This document shows, in pieces, positions 39,801 through 52,401 of a stretch of DNA of 64,000 nucleotides. The DNA lies in the NCBI GenBank assembly GCA_012295275.1, contig CM022665.1, positions 8,494,001 to 8,558,000 of the forward strand, in the 5' to 3' direction. The notes beneath the pieces are model-generated. The model did not search any database, had not been told where the DNA came from, and saw only the letters and a list, made by a program, of their open reading frames with translations. The DNA is from Chrysomallon squamiferum (Eukaryota; Animalia; Mollusca). Position numbers and translations under genes: made by a program. The first letter of the stretch is position 1. Each line of letters begins with the position of its first letter.

Positions 39801-40233
39801 GAATAATTCAAACTAAATTGTATATCTGGAAAACCTTTGTTAGGTACCAGCTGGATTATGCCACCTACAAAAAGATGTATGACTGTTTATTAACACAGCT
39901 AAGACTTACTTCAATAACCAGTCTTCTACATTATTATGAATTAGACTATTTTGTTTTCCAAAGATTATTTAATTTTAAATGAAATGTTGTTTATAATGTT
40001 TCAGAAGTGGGGTTGGAACTGCAGGTGCTCTTCAGTCATTGTTCTATGTTGAAGTTACTGATTCCATGAGGGTGAGCAGCGGAGGGGGAAATCCAGAGGA
40101 GGGGGAAATGATTGAAGTTGTTGAAATACCAGTTTCAGAAGCTCGCAGTATAATAATGGATGAAAATGTAGTAAAGCCTATACATCTCATGTTTGCGTTA
40201 ATGTGGTTCTATGAAAACAAATGGAAACAATAA
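36829..40233 (+). CDS. NUDT14: Uridine diphosphate glucose pyrophosphatase NUDT14-like Nudix hydrolase, 5 exons, 210 aa
   Basis: Exons 36829-36909, 38133-38176, 38594-38658, 38800-39013, 40005-40233 (633 nt, GT-AG, phases consistent). Motifs: YKQNGQNKVWDLLKVHDSV, FVKQFRP, Nudix box ELCAGIVDK...IAQEEILEECGY, TSYRSGVG, GGGNPEEGEMIEVVEIP. Confidence 0.95.
37173..37906. mobile_element. Putative non-autonomous Kolobok-like DNA element in NUDT14 intron 1
   Basis: ttaa|ggagaca ... tgtcccc|ttaa: TTAA on both sides and short imperfect inverted termini starting with purines; no ORF. Confidence 0.5.
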
Positions 40234-41506
40234 ATTATTTGTAGAAACTGATGATGGATGTTTTTCTACAGATTTTTATTTCTTGCAGTTGTGTTTATTA
40301 TGTTCAACAAATTGATAATGTATTTTAATTTTACATTTTCATAGTGTTACAAATAATAAAAAGTATTTGAATATTTTTTTAAATTATATTTTTTTGTCAT
40401 TAAAATTTTATAACCTGTTATATTTTTTAAACAATATCAGCATTCTGTACATTCTATACACAAAGATTTAAAAAAATTTTTTTTATTAAAACTAAATTCA
40501 CTTCAGAAATAGGCAGTCTTTTAACTGAAAATTGCTATCCTTTTATTTGAATTAAAGTCTGAAAACACTACAAGTAGATAAATATTCACGTGTTTTTTTT
40601 TAATCAAAGTGAAAATATTACAATACAAAGAAATAAATGTTTAGATGGGTTTTTTTTTTTTTTGAAGCAAAGTTAGATGTTTTTTGGAAGTAAATTTATC
40701 AGAGTTTGTTTGGAATACATCTACTTAAAATACAGTAAAATTACATTATGTTAATACATTCTCAACAATCTCAGTTTATTAGAGAATGCAATATCATTTA
40801 TCACTATCATTGCTATGACAAGTTTTAAAATAGACAATCACTTCAAACGTCAGCTTCATAAGAAAATATGTATCATTTACGATAATTATGCTTAAGAATT
40901 TATGAATTTGGAACATTAATGACTTTGGATAAAACATCTGCAACAGGCAGAGGAATAAACTTATTGAACATTATTGTATCATTCTTGCAGTAAATGATAA
41001 ATGATATGTTATTTGTATTTCTCTGTATGTGAGAAATGATCAAACATTTTTTTAATGAATTGAAAATATTTTGTGTATTCCTTGTGTTGAATTTTGATGT
41101 ATAACGAACTAACAAGAACCACTTGTCCAGGGAAATGAATTGATGTATCATTTACAAAAGACATGAAAACTTTATTACCTCTCCTTGTTTGAGATGGTAA
41201 TATGGAACAAGTAATAAATACCTTTTAAAGTATTTCATTTTCACAAGATGGTATTTAACATAGTTCTGAATTTTTATTCATTGTTTTGGCTTACCCATTC
41301 AAAAAATATACACACACACATAATGAAAGAAAACAACAGAAGAAAAAAATTTAATTATGAAATGACAATAAACATTTTTTTAAAAATTAGAAATTTAAAT
41401 GTGACCTTCTTTTTATTGTCATATAATTAAGCGAACTAAACACTTGAAACGTAAGCGCAATTAATTTTTTTTTTTAAAAACAATTAGAAAATAGCTGCTA
41501 AAATAG

Positions 41507-41950
41507 TTAAAGGGACATAACTCGTGATGTACTAATTTCAATTTGATTTGAGACATTTTTAACACGTTAGTATTATGAAAGAAAATTCTTGAACGTAGTT
41601 AAATATTCTTTTATTTATTGTTTCTTTCATTACTGAATAACAAAAGAAAATAATAAGTGATATGTTCTTTGTGTTTGTTATATATGTGAGAATTGACCAA
41701 ACTAAAACAAATTTCAATGAATTAAAATTATTTTTTGAAAATAAAGCTTTTTGTCTTTGATTTCAAGAGTACGTGTCACATGAATAGCACCTTATAGTAA
41801 AACATTACTAAATAATTTATCCTTCTAATGATCGAAAAGGATCAGGATTTACTGTTAGGCTAAATAATAAACTGAAGAATCGACGTTGGTTAAAAAGAAA
41901 ATGGTATTTAATGCTCTAAACAAGCATTCTGAAACTTAAACGAACAGTTT
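41507..41950. mobile_element. Possible truncated Kolobok-like element end
   Basis: Begins ttaaagggacata, a terminus type common in mollusc non-autonomous elements. No matching right terminus found, so the right boundary is a guess. Confidence 0.3.
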
Positions 41951-41971
41951 ATACAAAATATATCTGCATGT

Positions 41972-42015
<44 letters not shown>

Positions 42016-43114
42016 TTACAAATTAACCATGTACTGCCAAAACAAAAGTAAAAAACAAATTACATTTTTAATGCAAATTTATGCGACGTTTCTTCAGTTA
42101 ATTTCTAAACTATCATTTTACATATTTATTATGACGAAAGTGTATAATTTCTGTAAATAAATTTTTCTATGCTTTAATATTCTAACACAAAAACACATGT
42201 ATCTGTATAGTAAATTGTAATGTTATTCTTTGCTTGCAGCACGCAAGCAAAAGTAAAACAAAATCAAATAAGCATACGCACATACAAACATTCACACACG
42301 TAGATATACACACTATTTATATGCAGCAGAAACTATAGTACTGTGGTATTTTCTGGGTTATTTTAAGAAACGTATTTACTTAAATATGTAACTATGCCGG
42401 TTAAGGAAAACGATAATTCACATAATTCGTGACAATATCCCGTATTTTTGTTTTAAGTTACCACAGTGATAGATCTGGAATTAAGTATTCGCCTCTGAAA
42501 AACAATTTTAACTTGAAATTTTAAGAATATGTTCTAAAATAAAACCATAAGAAATATTCAAACCCCCCTCCCCACAAAAAAAAAAAAAAAAAAAAAAGAA
42601 GATAATAATGTGGTTTTCAAAAACACATCTTTTAAATTTTAACTTAAACAATTCGGTTTGGGAACAAAATTCTTCACAGTTGAAAGTCAATAAAATCTCT
42701 CTTTATATTTAAATGCAATATAATTATTAATTTTTTCTTTGATTTATCAATGCAGAGTTTAATGAAAGGTGTTGGATTTTTCTGAACGAGTCCAACAGCG
42801 GCATTTCTCCTTCATACTGAGCGCGGCAGCTGAGCAGCCTGCAATTACAAGAAGAAAGTCTGCAGGCTTTGATAGGAGTTTAACATGCAAATCTAGTGAA
42901 GAAGAAATTAATTATTGTCAAAGTGTATGAATTAAGACATCAGTCATATCGTTTCTTTCCTTTTTTCTTTTCTTATTCTATAAATTACTTTCTTTCTTTT
43001 AATTTAAAAAAAAAAAAAATGTTTTTTTATTTTTCGCTTAAAAGTTATTTATTTAACTATTTATTGTTTTATTTATTATAGTAGTTCACGCGCGCGCGTG
43101 TGTATGCGTGTGTA

Positions 43115-43242
43115 ATTATTATGAATTCGCTCTATATAGTTCTTACAAAATAATCACATTTAACACCGTGTTTCTATACATCTTTGTATTACACTGACAG
43201 ATCATTTCTACAGAATCACAAGAACCAAATTCTTCGTCTTGT
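43115..43242 (+). repeat. Left arm of a 128-bp inverted repeat
   Basis: Reverse complement of 45691-45818 with one mismatch. Confidence 0.95.
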
Positions 43243-43274
43243 TTTCAAAATTTCAAAACTAGGATAAAAAAACC

Positions 43275-43306
<32 letters not shown>

Positions 43307-44168
43307 CACAACAGAAAAACAACAACCCAGCAACCAAAAACCAACAAAGTAAAATAATAGTAAATATGAATCTAATTTGGAATTTTGGGGATGATTCCAT
43401 ATAAAGTTGAAAAAGATGAAAAAAGACGGTTTACATTCGTGGGCTAACAGAAAAAAATACATATAGCTTTAAATAGTTTCATCATAACCGGAAGAGGAAA
43501 TAGTCCAAAGTGCGCTGAAGGCAATCGCTTTGTACACCATTCTTAAGTGAACTATCGTTTTTGTTATAATAATAATAATAAAAATAATCATCATCACAAT
43601 CATCATCATCATTATTATCATTGAATGTAATAATGACTGTGGTACGGATAACAACAGTAAACTAATTAGTATTTATTCTCTTCCTATTATGATGCATATA
43701 ATGATGATGATTAAATAATATATCATGATAATAGTACATTCTGTATAAATAACTTTCGATAGCAATTCTGAAGTCAGAAACAATTGTCATCGGTTAAATA
43801 AATTATTTGGACTTAGATTTCATTTTTAAAAATTCACATACGTTAAATATTGTATTTTTCTTTGAAATTATAATAAACACCTGTGCCTGTTTTTTTTAAC
43901 ATTTGGAATATAATAAGAAATTTATATATATAATTTAAAGCAACAAGAAAGAATACATTTAAGAACTTTTCTAATAAATAATCAATAAACATAAGTTTTA
44001 TTATATCCATATAAAACATACAATGTACATAATTTTAACTATATCCACACAAACCGTGCAACGTACATACTTTTATGCAAAACATTTTTAACTGTACATG
44101 AGTTTGTCTAATAATTCATTTATATAAACGTGACTTTATATCCGTAATATCAAATTACTTTATTTTAA

Positions 44169-44215
<47 letters not shown>

Positions 44216-44658
44216 TATTTTCCAATTACTCTGTTTGTTTCGTAACATTTCAGAATTGAAAAATATTGCTTCTTCACGTGTCGATAACTAATTTATTACA
44301 CCTTTCCTCAATTTATAAAAAAAAAATTCTGGGAGAGTGACGAGGAGGGAGAAATGGCATATAACAGTACAACTGAGATCACATCTGCGTTGGACATTTT
44401 GGAGGGCACGGGGAGGTTAGGCAAGAAGTAATGCTCAGTATGGACTGATTTAGAAGTAAAAGGAAAATAATTATTCCATTCTTTAATAAAGGCTTACGCT
44501 GAGGCAGTGTGTAATTAACTCTTTTCATTTGCCGCCGCATCACCTGTGAGGCGTTGAGAAGAAGATGCACGGCTCAGTGTCCTGGCTGGCTCACCTTTCA
44601 CTGCTTGTGTTTGTCAGGCCTGTTTACGCCTTCAGCGTTGGCTCCCTCCCCTCATCCG

Positions 44659-44703
44659 AGGTCACGGGTCACGTTGATCACGTGACATACAGGTCAAAGG
44701 TCT
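44659..44703 (+). promoter_or_regulatory. Putative enhancer core: DR1 - CACGTG E-box - DR1
   Basis: AGGTCAcGGGTCA (44659-44671), TCACGTGA (44678-44685) and AGGTCAaAGGTCT (44691-44703) inside a GC-rich non-coding island (about 44330-45000). Confidence 0.55.
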
Positions 44704-45100
44704 GTTTTTTAGGTCTAACCAGATATAATTTACTCCATGTCGGATTCTTTGAGCCAGTCAAGTTTTATTCAAGCAAAATGATAGTGGAGCCCGTTAAAAG
44801 CAGTGAAACACGCTGCGATAATTAATAAAAGTCAGTTGTGTTGAATTAAAAACTGATATTATCTGGTTTACTTTCTCTCGCATTCACACTTGTGTTTCGT
44901 TTTTGTCGTTTCCTGAATCCCTTCTTTATGTTGCAACCGACGCCGCTTTCGTGTGATTTTAATCGGATGACAGGCGTCGAGAAAGTAGTGTTTGGCGTAT
45001 TCTGTTTTAAAACCGAACAGTTTTGGAATTACATTTAACAAAACTAATTAGCAAAAGTAAATCGTTAAATGAAACTTGTATATAATTCGAAATAATTCGA

Positions 45101-45141
<41 letters not shown>

Positions 45142-45690
45142 TAATAATAATACCGATAATAAAGCGTTACTTATTTATTATTATTTACTGTTTATTCACT
45201 TTACCTGGAATCGCTCCACTTTATTTCAACAATTTAAAATTATTTATCAACCAACGATCAGTTATTTCAAGCAATTTATTTAATTATTTGTGCGTTATTC
45301 AGCAAAATCAGGCTTGTTAAAAATGTAGCCTTTGGGGAGGGTCCGAGATCACATCTAAGTAACAATACCCTGAAATCTTTTTTTTACCTCCCCTCTGCTT
45401 CGCTGAATCAAACTGTGTGAAAAAGGAAAGAAAGATTTTCAAAAAAAGGATGTACTTTTTATATAGATGTAGATCTGTATCGCCACCAGCCATCAGCTAT
45501 AATTTGCAGATTTGAAAGGATTCACCAACCATGGAATGATATCTGCTGTTGTGTGAACAAACGATTACCTCCGTTTGGGAGACATAATTTATCAAACCAA
45601 ATTGCCGGAAAATGTCTTTTTCGCATTATCATAGCTCAATAAAGAAAGAAAGAAAAGATATTTCCTTCATAGACAACGTATATTCTGAAT

Positions 45691-45818
45691 ACAAGAGGAA
45701 GAATTTGGTTCTTGTGATTCTGTAGAAATGATCTGTCAGTGTAATACAAAGATGTATAGAAACACGGTGTTAAATGTGATTATTTTGTAAGAACTATATA
45801 GAGCGAATTCATAATAAT
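45691..45818 (-). repeat. Right arm of a 128-bp inverted repeat
   Basis: Reverse complement of 43115-43242 with one mismatch; spacer 2448 bp. Confidence 0.95.
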
Positions 45819-46174
45819 AATATTAACAATAATAATAATAATAATCATAATCATAATAAAGATGATGATGATAACAACAACAAAAACAATAACTGTATTA
45901 TTTTAGTAGTAATAATGATAATAATAGTAGTAACACTATTAATAGGCCTATTAAAACACACCAAGAACAATAATAACAATATCTATAATAACGATGATGA
46001 TGATGATGATTATGACGGTGATGCAGTAATTATTGTAGGATAGCACTAATAGTGACAATAGTACTGTAATAGTAAAGGGAATGGTGGTGCACTGTCTTAT
46101 AACTGGCACTGAAAATAAAACTGGAAATAGTCCCATGGGCTCAGTTAACTGGAAAATTCATGGAACTCATGACT

Positions 46175-47015
46175 ACAAATATAAACAATATGAAGTATAG
46201 GTATATATACAATATGTAGTACAATATATAGTCAGGTATCTGTACAACATGTAGTGCAGGTATGTATACAATATGTAGTAGAGGTATGTGTACAATATTT
46301 AATAGAGGTTTATGTACAGTATCTAGCAGTGATATATATATATATATATAGTATCTAGCAGAGGTACATGCACAATATATAGTAAAGGGATATATACAGC
46401 ATCTAGTACTGGAATAGTACAATATTTGGGAGAAATATTTGTAAAGTATACAATAGAGATATATGTACAATATACAGTAGAGTACATGTACAATATATAG
46501 TACAGGGATATATACAGTATCTAGTAGAGGTATATGTACAATATATTAGAAAAATATGGATATTATCTTGTAGAGGTGCTTGTACTGTATAATACAGGGA
46601 TATATGCAATGTCTAATAAGGTATATGTACAGGTTCTAGTTGAAATATATGTACAGCAGGCTATCTAGTAGAGATGTATGTACAGTATCTAATAGAGGTG
46701 TATCTAGTAGAGGTATATATATATATATATATATATGTACTACATATATTAGAGTATATACTGGGTTGATGAATAAGTCATTGCGGTTCATAATTGATTC
46801 AAATTTATTGCAGAGGCATCAAAAAACTTGTTGACTGTTGGGAAGAAGGGGTAAATAACAACGAAGAATACATTATGATTAAATTACATCTTGTTATCAG
46901 TTAATCTTAAGTTTTCTTCTATGTAATGATTAAATTTAATTTAACCGCAGCGACGTATTTCTCAACCCAATAATACAATATATAGTACAGGTATATGCGT
47001 AGTATATAGTAGTGG
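46175..47015. repeat. Degenerate minisatellite, about 24-bp unit (tagaggtatatgtacaatatatag-like), interrupted by the mariner element
   Basis: Many diverged units in 46175-46760; the same pattern resumes after 46972. Confidence 0.85.
46761..46970 (+). mobile_element. Tc1/mariner internal-deletion derivative, 210 bp
   Basis: Imperfect 28-bp TIRs ctgggttgatgaataagtcattgcggtt / aaccgcagcgacgtatttctcaacccaa with TA on both sides. Internal 46803-46880 reads IYCRGIKKLVDCWEEGVNNNEEYI, matching the mariner transposase C-terminus pattern FY.RGI..L..RW..V....G.Y. Confidence 0.88.
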
Positions 47016-47828
47016 CATGCATTTATTTACAGCCCTTATTTGAGGGTTTTTTCGTTTACATCAGCTATCACATAACATTAGTAACAAGAGAGGCTGCATG
47101 AAAGCATTAACACCACGTTGAGAGTAACCTGACCAGTCCTTATTAACTTCTTTCAGTTTCTTCGTGTCATCTGTCTTGTATTGGCACGCGCAGCGCGTGA
47201 CTCGTGTCTTGCGTCACGTGCGAGTGTCGTTTCGTCATTGCGTAACGCCCAATAAAGCCGGGTATCAACGGATCTTAACAAGAAGACAGTTTGTATTATC
47301 ATCTGAACGTTTTACGTGTAATGGCTTTACCAGCAAAATGATTATGTCAAAATGTGTTTACTTTAAAAACTTCTGTTAAGTTACCCGTTTTTTTCCTTCA
47401 GTATTCTTCTTTATTATATTTATAATTATATTCCCATGTATTTTTCTTCTTTATTTTTCATTGTTATTCATTCCTTTATGTTAAAATTTTGCTTCAAACC
47501 TCTTTCTCTACACTTTAAATTAAATATTAATCACTAATTAAATTCTGAGTGAATATTGTTGATAAAATAATTGTGACAGCGAACAAGTCCTGGTTTGTAT
47601 CAGGCTACATTTTGATTTTGAATGTTATAGTTGAATTCGGAGTGAATATTATTGTTAAAATAATTCCTGTGTTACGTGTGCTGTATTATTTTTTAATTTT
47701 AAATTCTTTTGAAAACATGCAATGCTGATGAATGTTTTACAGACTCCCGATTTCTTCCTGTTCGAAAAATGTTATGCCATTACTTAGCATATTTACAACA
47801 ACAAGAAAAAATGATAATAATAAATATA

Positions 47829-47865
<37 letters not shown>

Positions 47866-48622
47866 GGGACTAATCTTTTACCCGTGATTTTCAAATTCCA
47901 TTAACAGATTCAAACTCTTCGGGCTATGGAGTTTTTTATATTATGATAACGGCCTCCCCCCTCCCCCCGTACAGACTAGCTTATTTCTCTCTCTTCTAAC
48001 TATGGGAAGATGCATAGAAAATAGTAGACACATGCGAATAGATATATAAGATTTGTTTTATCATGTCTTTAAAGGCCAGATTAATAATTTGCTGAATGAC
48101 GTCCGAATCCTGATGCTCCTGAGATGCTGGTTCATTTTCAGGTAAAAATGTTTTCGTACACTCGGCCTCAAAAGTATCCATATAAAATTTTACGCCTTAA
48201 ACCTAAACACAAAGTAACATTTTTTACTCGAAATAAATAATCGCACTATTTAAATTTATTAATTTGATTCTGTCATTTTAATCAGTATTAACCTACACTC
48301 GATACATCAAAGCCATAGATTAAATAAATATTGAATAGATCGTAATATCGTTCACAGAAATACAGTCACAGATTCACAGCATGGAACCATGGACAGCAAA
48401 ACATGATAGTACGTTGTACTGAAGATACTAAATATTTGTTATTATAAATTATTCTTTCGCTGTATTGAAACAAGCTGATTCACTGAAGCATCAGTCATTG
48501 ACAATGTTGTTCTTGGCGCAAAGACAAGAATTTTTGCTTTGAAAAAAAATGTTATCACAAAAGAACAATAATTTTGAAAATATACTTACTTTGAGTTTGT
48601 GGCGCCACTAGGTAACAATAGC

Positions 48623-48678
<56 letters not shown>

Positions 48679-48722
48679 CAACAACAACAACAACAACGGC
48701 AACAGCAGTAGCGGCAGCAACA
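48623..48722. repeat. Compound (AAT)n(AAC)n microsatellite
   Basis: Direct reading; other (AAT)n/(ATT)n tracts lie near 41973, 44170, 45100, 53914, 55432 and 55936. Confidence 0.9.
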
Positions 48723-48996
48723 AACCTAGATACTACGACTATTTATTATATAAAATTAATAAGCCCTGTAGCTTATGTCAGAATAAAGATTTAAATTCTT
48801 TATGTAAAATGATCAACAACAATATCAACAACAAAAAAAAAAAAAATAATAATAAATAAATATTTTTCCCTATCTAATAATAGGTAATAATATGACCTCT
48901 TTTTCAGAATTTTTTAGAGTGTTCATTTTGCCCAGTCATTGGTTTTAGAAGAACATACTGTCTTGTTTACAAATATTTATTTACCCTATAGTCATC

Positions 48997-49033
<37 letters not shown>

Positions 49034-49159
49034 AATGAATGAATTAATTTATTTTTTTATTACTGTTATTACTGACGCAATCTAGGATTATGCATGTAAA
49101 AACTAAAACAGTTTTTTTGGTTTAGGAGTGGGCAAGTAGCAATCTAAGCACGGTATTTT

Positions 49160-49499
49160 GAAATACGACAAGACCAGTTGAATGTCCTTTAGCATAATGT
49201 TGACACACAAGATGGCACACAAGCTGGTATCTTCAAAAAGCACAACGAGGTATACATCGCTGGCCTGAAGAGCCATGCGTGTCGACGACTGGTTTTAAAA
49301 TCGTGGGCAATGTCACGCATCAGACTCTGGAATGGCAGCTTCCTGGTTAGAAGTTCCGTACTCTTCTGGTATCATCGGATCTCTCACAGAGCGATGTCAC
49401 CTAGACTGGGGATTTCTTTTGAGCTGCCTTGGCGGCCAGCTCTTTCCTTGGAGATTCGCCTCAAATGGCCTTTTCTGCCGTCTGCTTTGTACAAGGCAT
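49160..49499 (-). pseudogene. Histone H3 pseudogene (isolated orphon copy)
   Basis: Minus-strand translation MPCTKQTAEKAI*GESPRKELAAKAAQKKSP...[32 protein letters not shown]...[34 protein letters not shown] aligns to histone H3 over nearly the full length, with several stops, deletions and frameshifts; no introns. Confidence 0.93.
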
Positions 49500-49537
49500 T
49501 TTTCAGATCAGATCGTTCACAGTCGCTTTTTTTACCA

Positions 49538-49604
49538 GTAGCAGTAGCAGTAACAATAGTAATAGTAGTAGAAGTAATAATAGTAATAGTAGTAGAAGTA
49601 ATAA

Positions 49605-49653
<49 letters not shown>

Positions 49654-49720
49654 CGTAGTCGTAGTCGTAGTAATAGCAACAGTAGTAGAAGTGTTAGCAG
49701 TAGAAGTGGTGGTAACAGTT
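49538..49720. repeat. (TAG)n-type trinucleotide microsatellite, partly degenerate
   Basis: Direct reading. Confidence 0.9.
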
Positions 49721-51159
49721 GTAGTTAATAATTGTACAAGAAATAGTAATAACAGTTGTAACAGTGAGAGTAGTAATGATATTAGGTATATAGCAAAAAC
49801 GACAGTTGTAGTAGCTGTTGTCTCTGTTGCTGCTGCTTTTGTTGTTCTGATGGCGGTGGTGGTGGTAGCAGCAATTAATCACATTTTCTCGCTTACAGTT
49901 AACCGTTCACTTTATTTTTATTAGCGAATTAAAAAACACTGTATGAGGGCTGTTATTAATTCACGGAAACGCTCAATGCGGGGTGGTCGCTTAGATACTC
50001 TTTCATAAAACTCATTTTCAATTAGTTTTTTTTTTTCAAAACGTGCTCCGCAATTATTTTTCCTCGATTTACTTTGTGCAATATCGGTAGCACGTGTCAA
50101 AGGCTATAAGAGACAGGTGATTTTGTTTGGATTAATCTGCTACAAAAATATTGCTGAACATCCAAGATGAAAACCATTAGCACATCCGGTGTGTTCACAA
50201 TCCTCGGGGATGAGCAGACGACAATTTTTTTTTTTTTTTCAAGTTATATAGCGGATATAATTACGTAATATTATTTTTTTTTAATATCCCTTTTAGATAT
50301 TAGAACTTTCCAGAAATATTTCGTAACAATTTGAGTCAAAGAAATATATAATTTTTATTAGGATTTAATTAAAACGCAGCCTAAATCGATTTTTAAACAA
50401 AATAGTCCCGAGTATGTTTGCCTATTGATTTAAATGACGTATAATGCACACAGATACTATAAATTTATACATAAATGGTAATTTTCGATAAGAAAATTAT
50501 ATTAAAAATCTTTGTAAACTCATATATTTGGGATATAAATTATATTTTTAATGTAACGCTGTTAAGTGTTCATATAACAGTATATCTTGAAAAAATTAAC
50601 AATAAAATCAATTAGAATGTCTGAAATAACAACAACAACACCACCACCACCACCACCAACAAGAATAATAATAATAATAATAATAATAAAACAAATTTAA
50701 AATTACTGTTATCAGTTGTCCTTATTTTTTTGTTCTTGTTTTTATAACTGTTGTAAACTTAGTATTGAAGAGAACTCATAAAAAAATATTACATATATAT
50801 ATATATATTTATCTTAACATTTGAAGACACCGCTAATAAAACACGTTATTAAAAGTCTATCCGAGAACACCGGATCTACTTCATCTTGAAATATTGATCC
50901 GTTAGCTGGGAAACATTAACCGGAACCATGTTACCCGAGAGTAGTCAGGTAATACGACCCTTGTTGAGACTGAAGGGAAAAATTTAATGAATTTTGTGGC
51001 GAGTAATTTTTGTTTCGTTAATATCACATTTTTATATGATATTTTTCTGTAATGGAAGTCTGATCTTTATCGCGATCACGAGAGACGGGTGTCTGGTTGC
51101 GGTAAAAAGATACGACTCCATCTCTTTACTAAACGTGTTGTTCGCAGATTTTGTTATTT

Positions 51160-51540
51160 CATCGAAGGATATTAATTTGTCTAATGTCCTTATTATATAT
51201 AAATTTAGTGATCTTTGTCTCCATAATATATATTTTTAGTTAACTCCTATCTGCTTACATTGTGTCTATTTTTTTTCAAAGTCGTTATCACATACCATTC
51301 GATTTCGTAATATAAATGACTTTACTGATGTTTTCTCCTTATTATATATTAATTTTAGAGATATTTGTATACTGCCTATCTTTTCAGTTTTCTTTTACAT
51401 AACCTAACTAATGTCTGTTTCCTTTCTTTTAAATAAGTTCCATGTCTTTATTATATATTAATTGTACTGATCTTTTCTCTTTTTTTTTTGTCCTTTTTTC
51501 CTGATTCCTATTTGTTCAGTGTTTAAAAATGTATATATTC
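51160..51540. repeat. Degenerate direct repeats (about 3 copies)
   Basis: tc(c/t)ttattatatat(a/t)aatt...gat(c/a)ttt recurs near 51187, 51336 and 51445. Confidence 0.6.
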
Positions 51541-52366
51541 AAAACAGTTATATTACGTTAGCAAATGTTTAAAGACAAAATTATCCTCTTTTGTTCAAAA
51601 TGTTTAAAATGACATGAACAATTTCAAAAAAACAAACAAACAAAAAAAACAACAACAAATGTTGGTCTCACGAATCTGTTCGAGCTTATAATTTTACACT
51701 CATACTTTATTGTTATCAAACATTGGTCTGGAAAATACCCCAACAAACAAACAAACAGGTATTTTGAAATATATCAAACCATCACAGATACTTTTTAAGT
51801 CTGTTTTCTCAGTATACCACCTACATTCGTGGCAAATGGTGTTGTAAAATTCAAACGGCACTTTATGATCTCATGTCTGAGTGTATTTGAGTGTAACATA
51901 ATTATTACGTATATAACTAAAAACATACATAGGATTCACTAGACGTACATTTACAAAAACAAAAACCTTATTTTTTTAATAAACTGTTTAATTTCTCACT
52001 TTGCATGGATAGGTTGTTCAGACATGTGTTGGTACATCCAGTCAACCGAGTTGTAAGTTTAGGTAAGACTGTTTTCTTTCTTTCTTTTCTTGTTTTCCTT
52101 TCTTTCTTTCTTTTCTTTTTTTCTTTTTTTTTTTTTTTTTTTTTTTTTGTTCTGATAAACGATATATATTCTATAAGGTAAATAAATTAACTCTGAATTT
52201 TCTACTCCATGCAACGTAAAGCCATTTTTATGTGCGATTTTTTTTTTTTTTTTTTTAAAGTTTTCCATTATTGATATTCAGTGGGATGAAATATGACCTC
52301 CGCTGTGAAGTAACATGAAAAAAAAAAAAAAAAAAAAAAAGAAGAAGAAGAAAAAAAAAAAAAAAG

Positions 52367-52401
<35 letters not shown>

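Noticed and set aside
48599-49924. Long ORFs with poly-N, poly-V or poly-S (e.g. 49310-49924)
   Set aside because: Produced by trinucleotide microsatellites plus the antisense strand of the H3 pseudogene.
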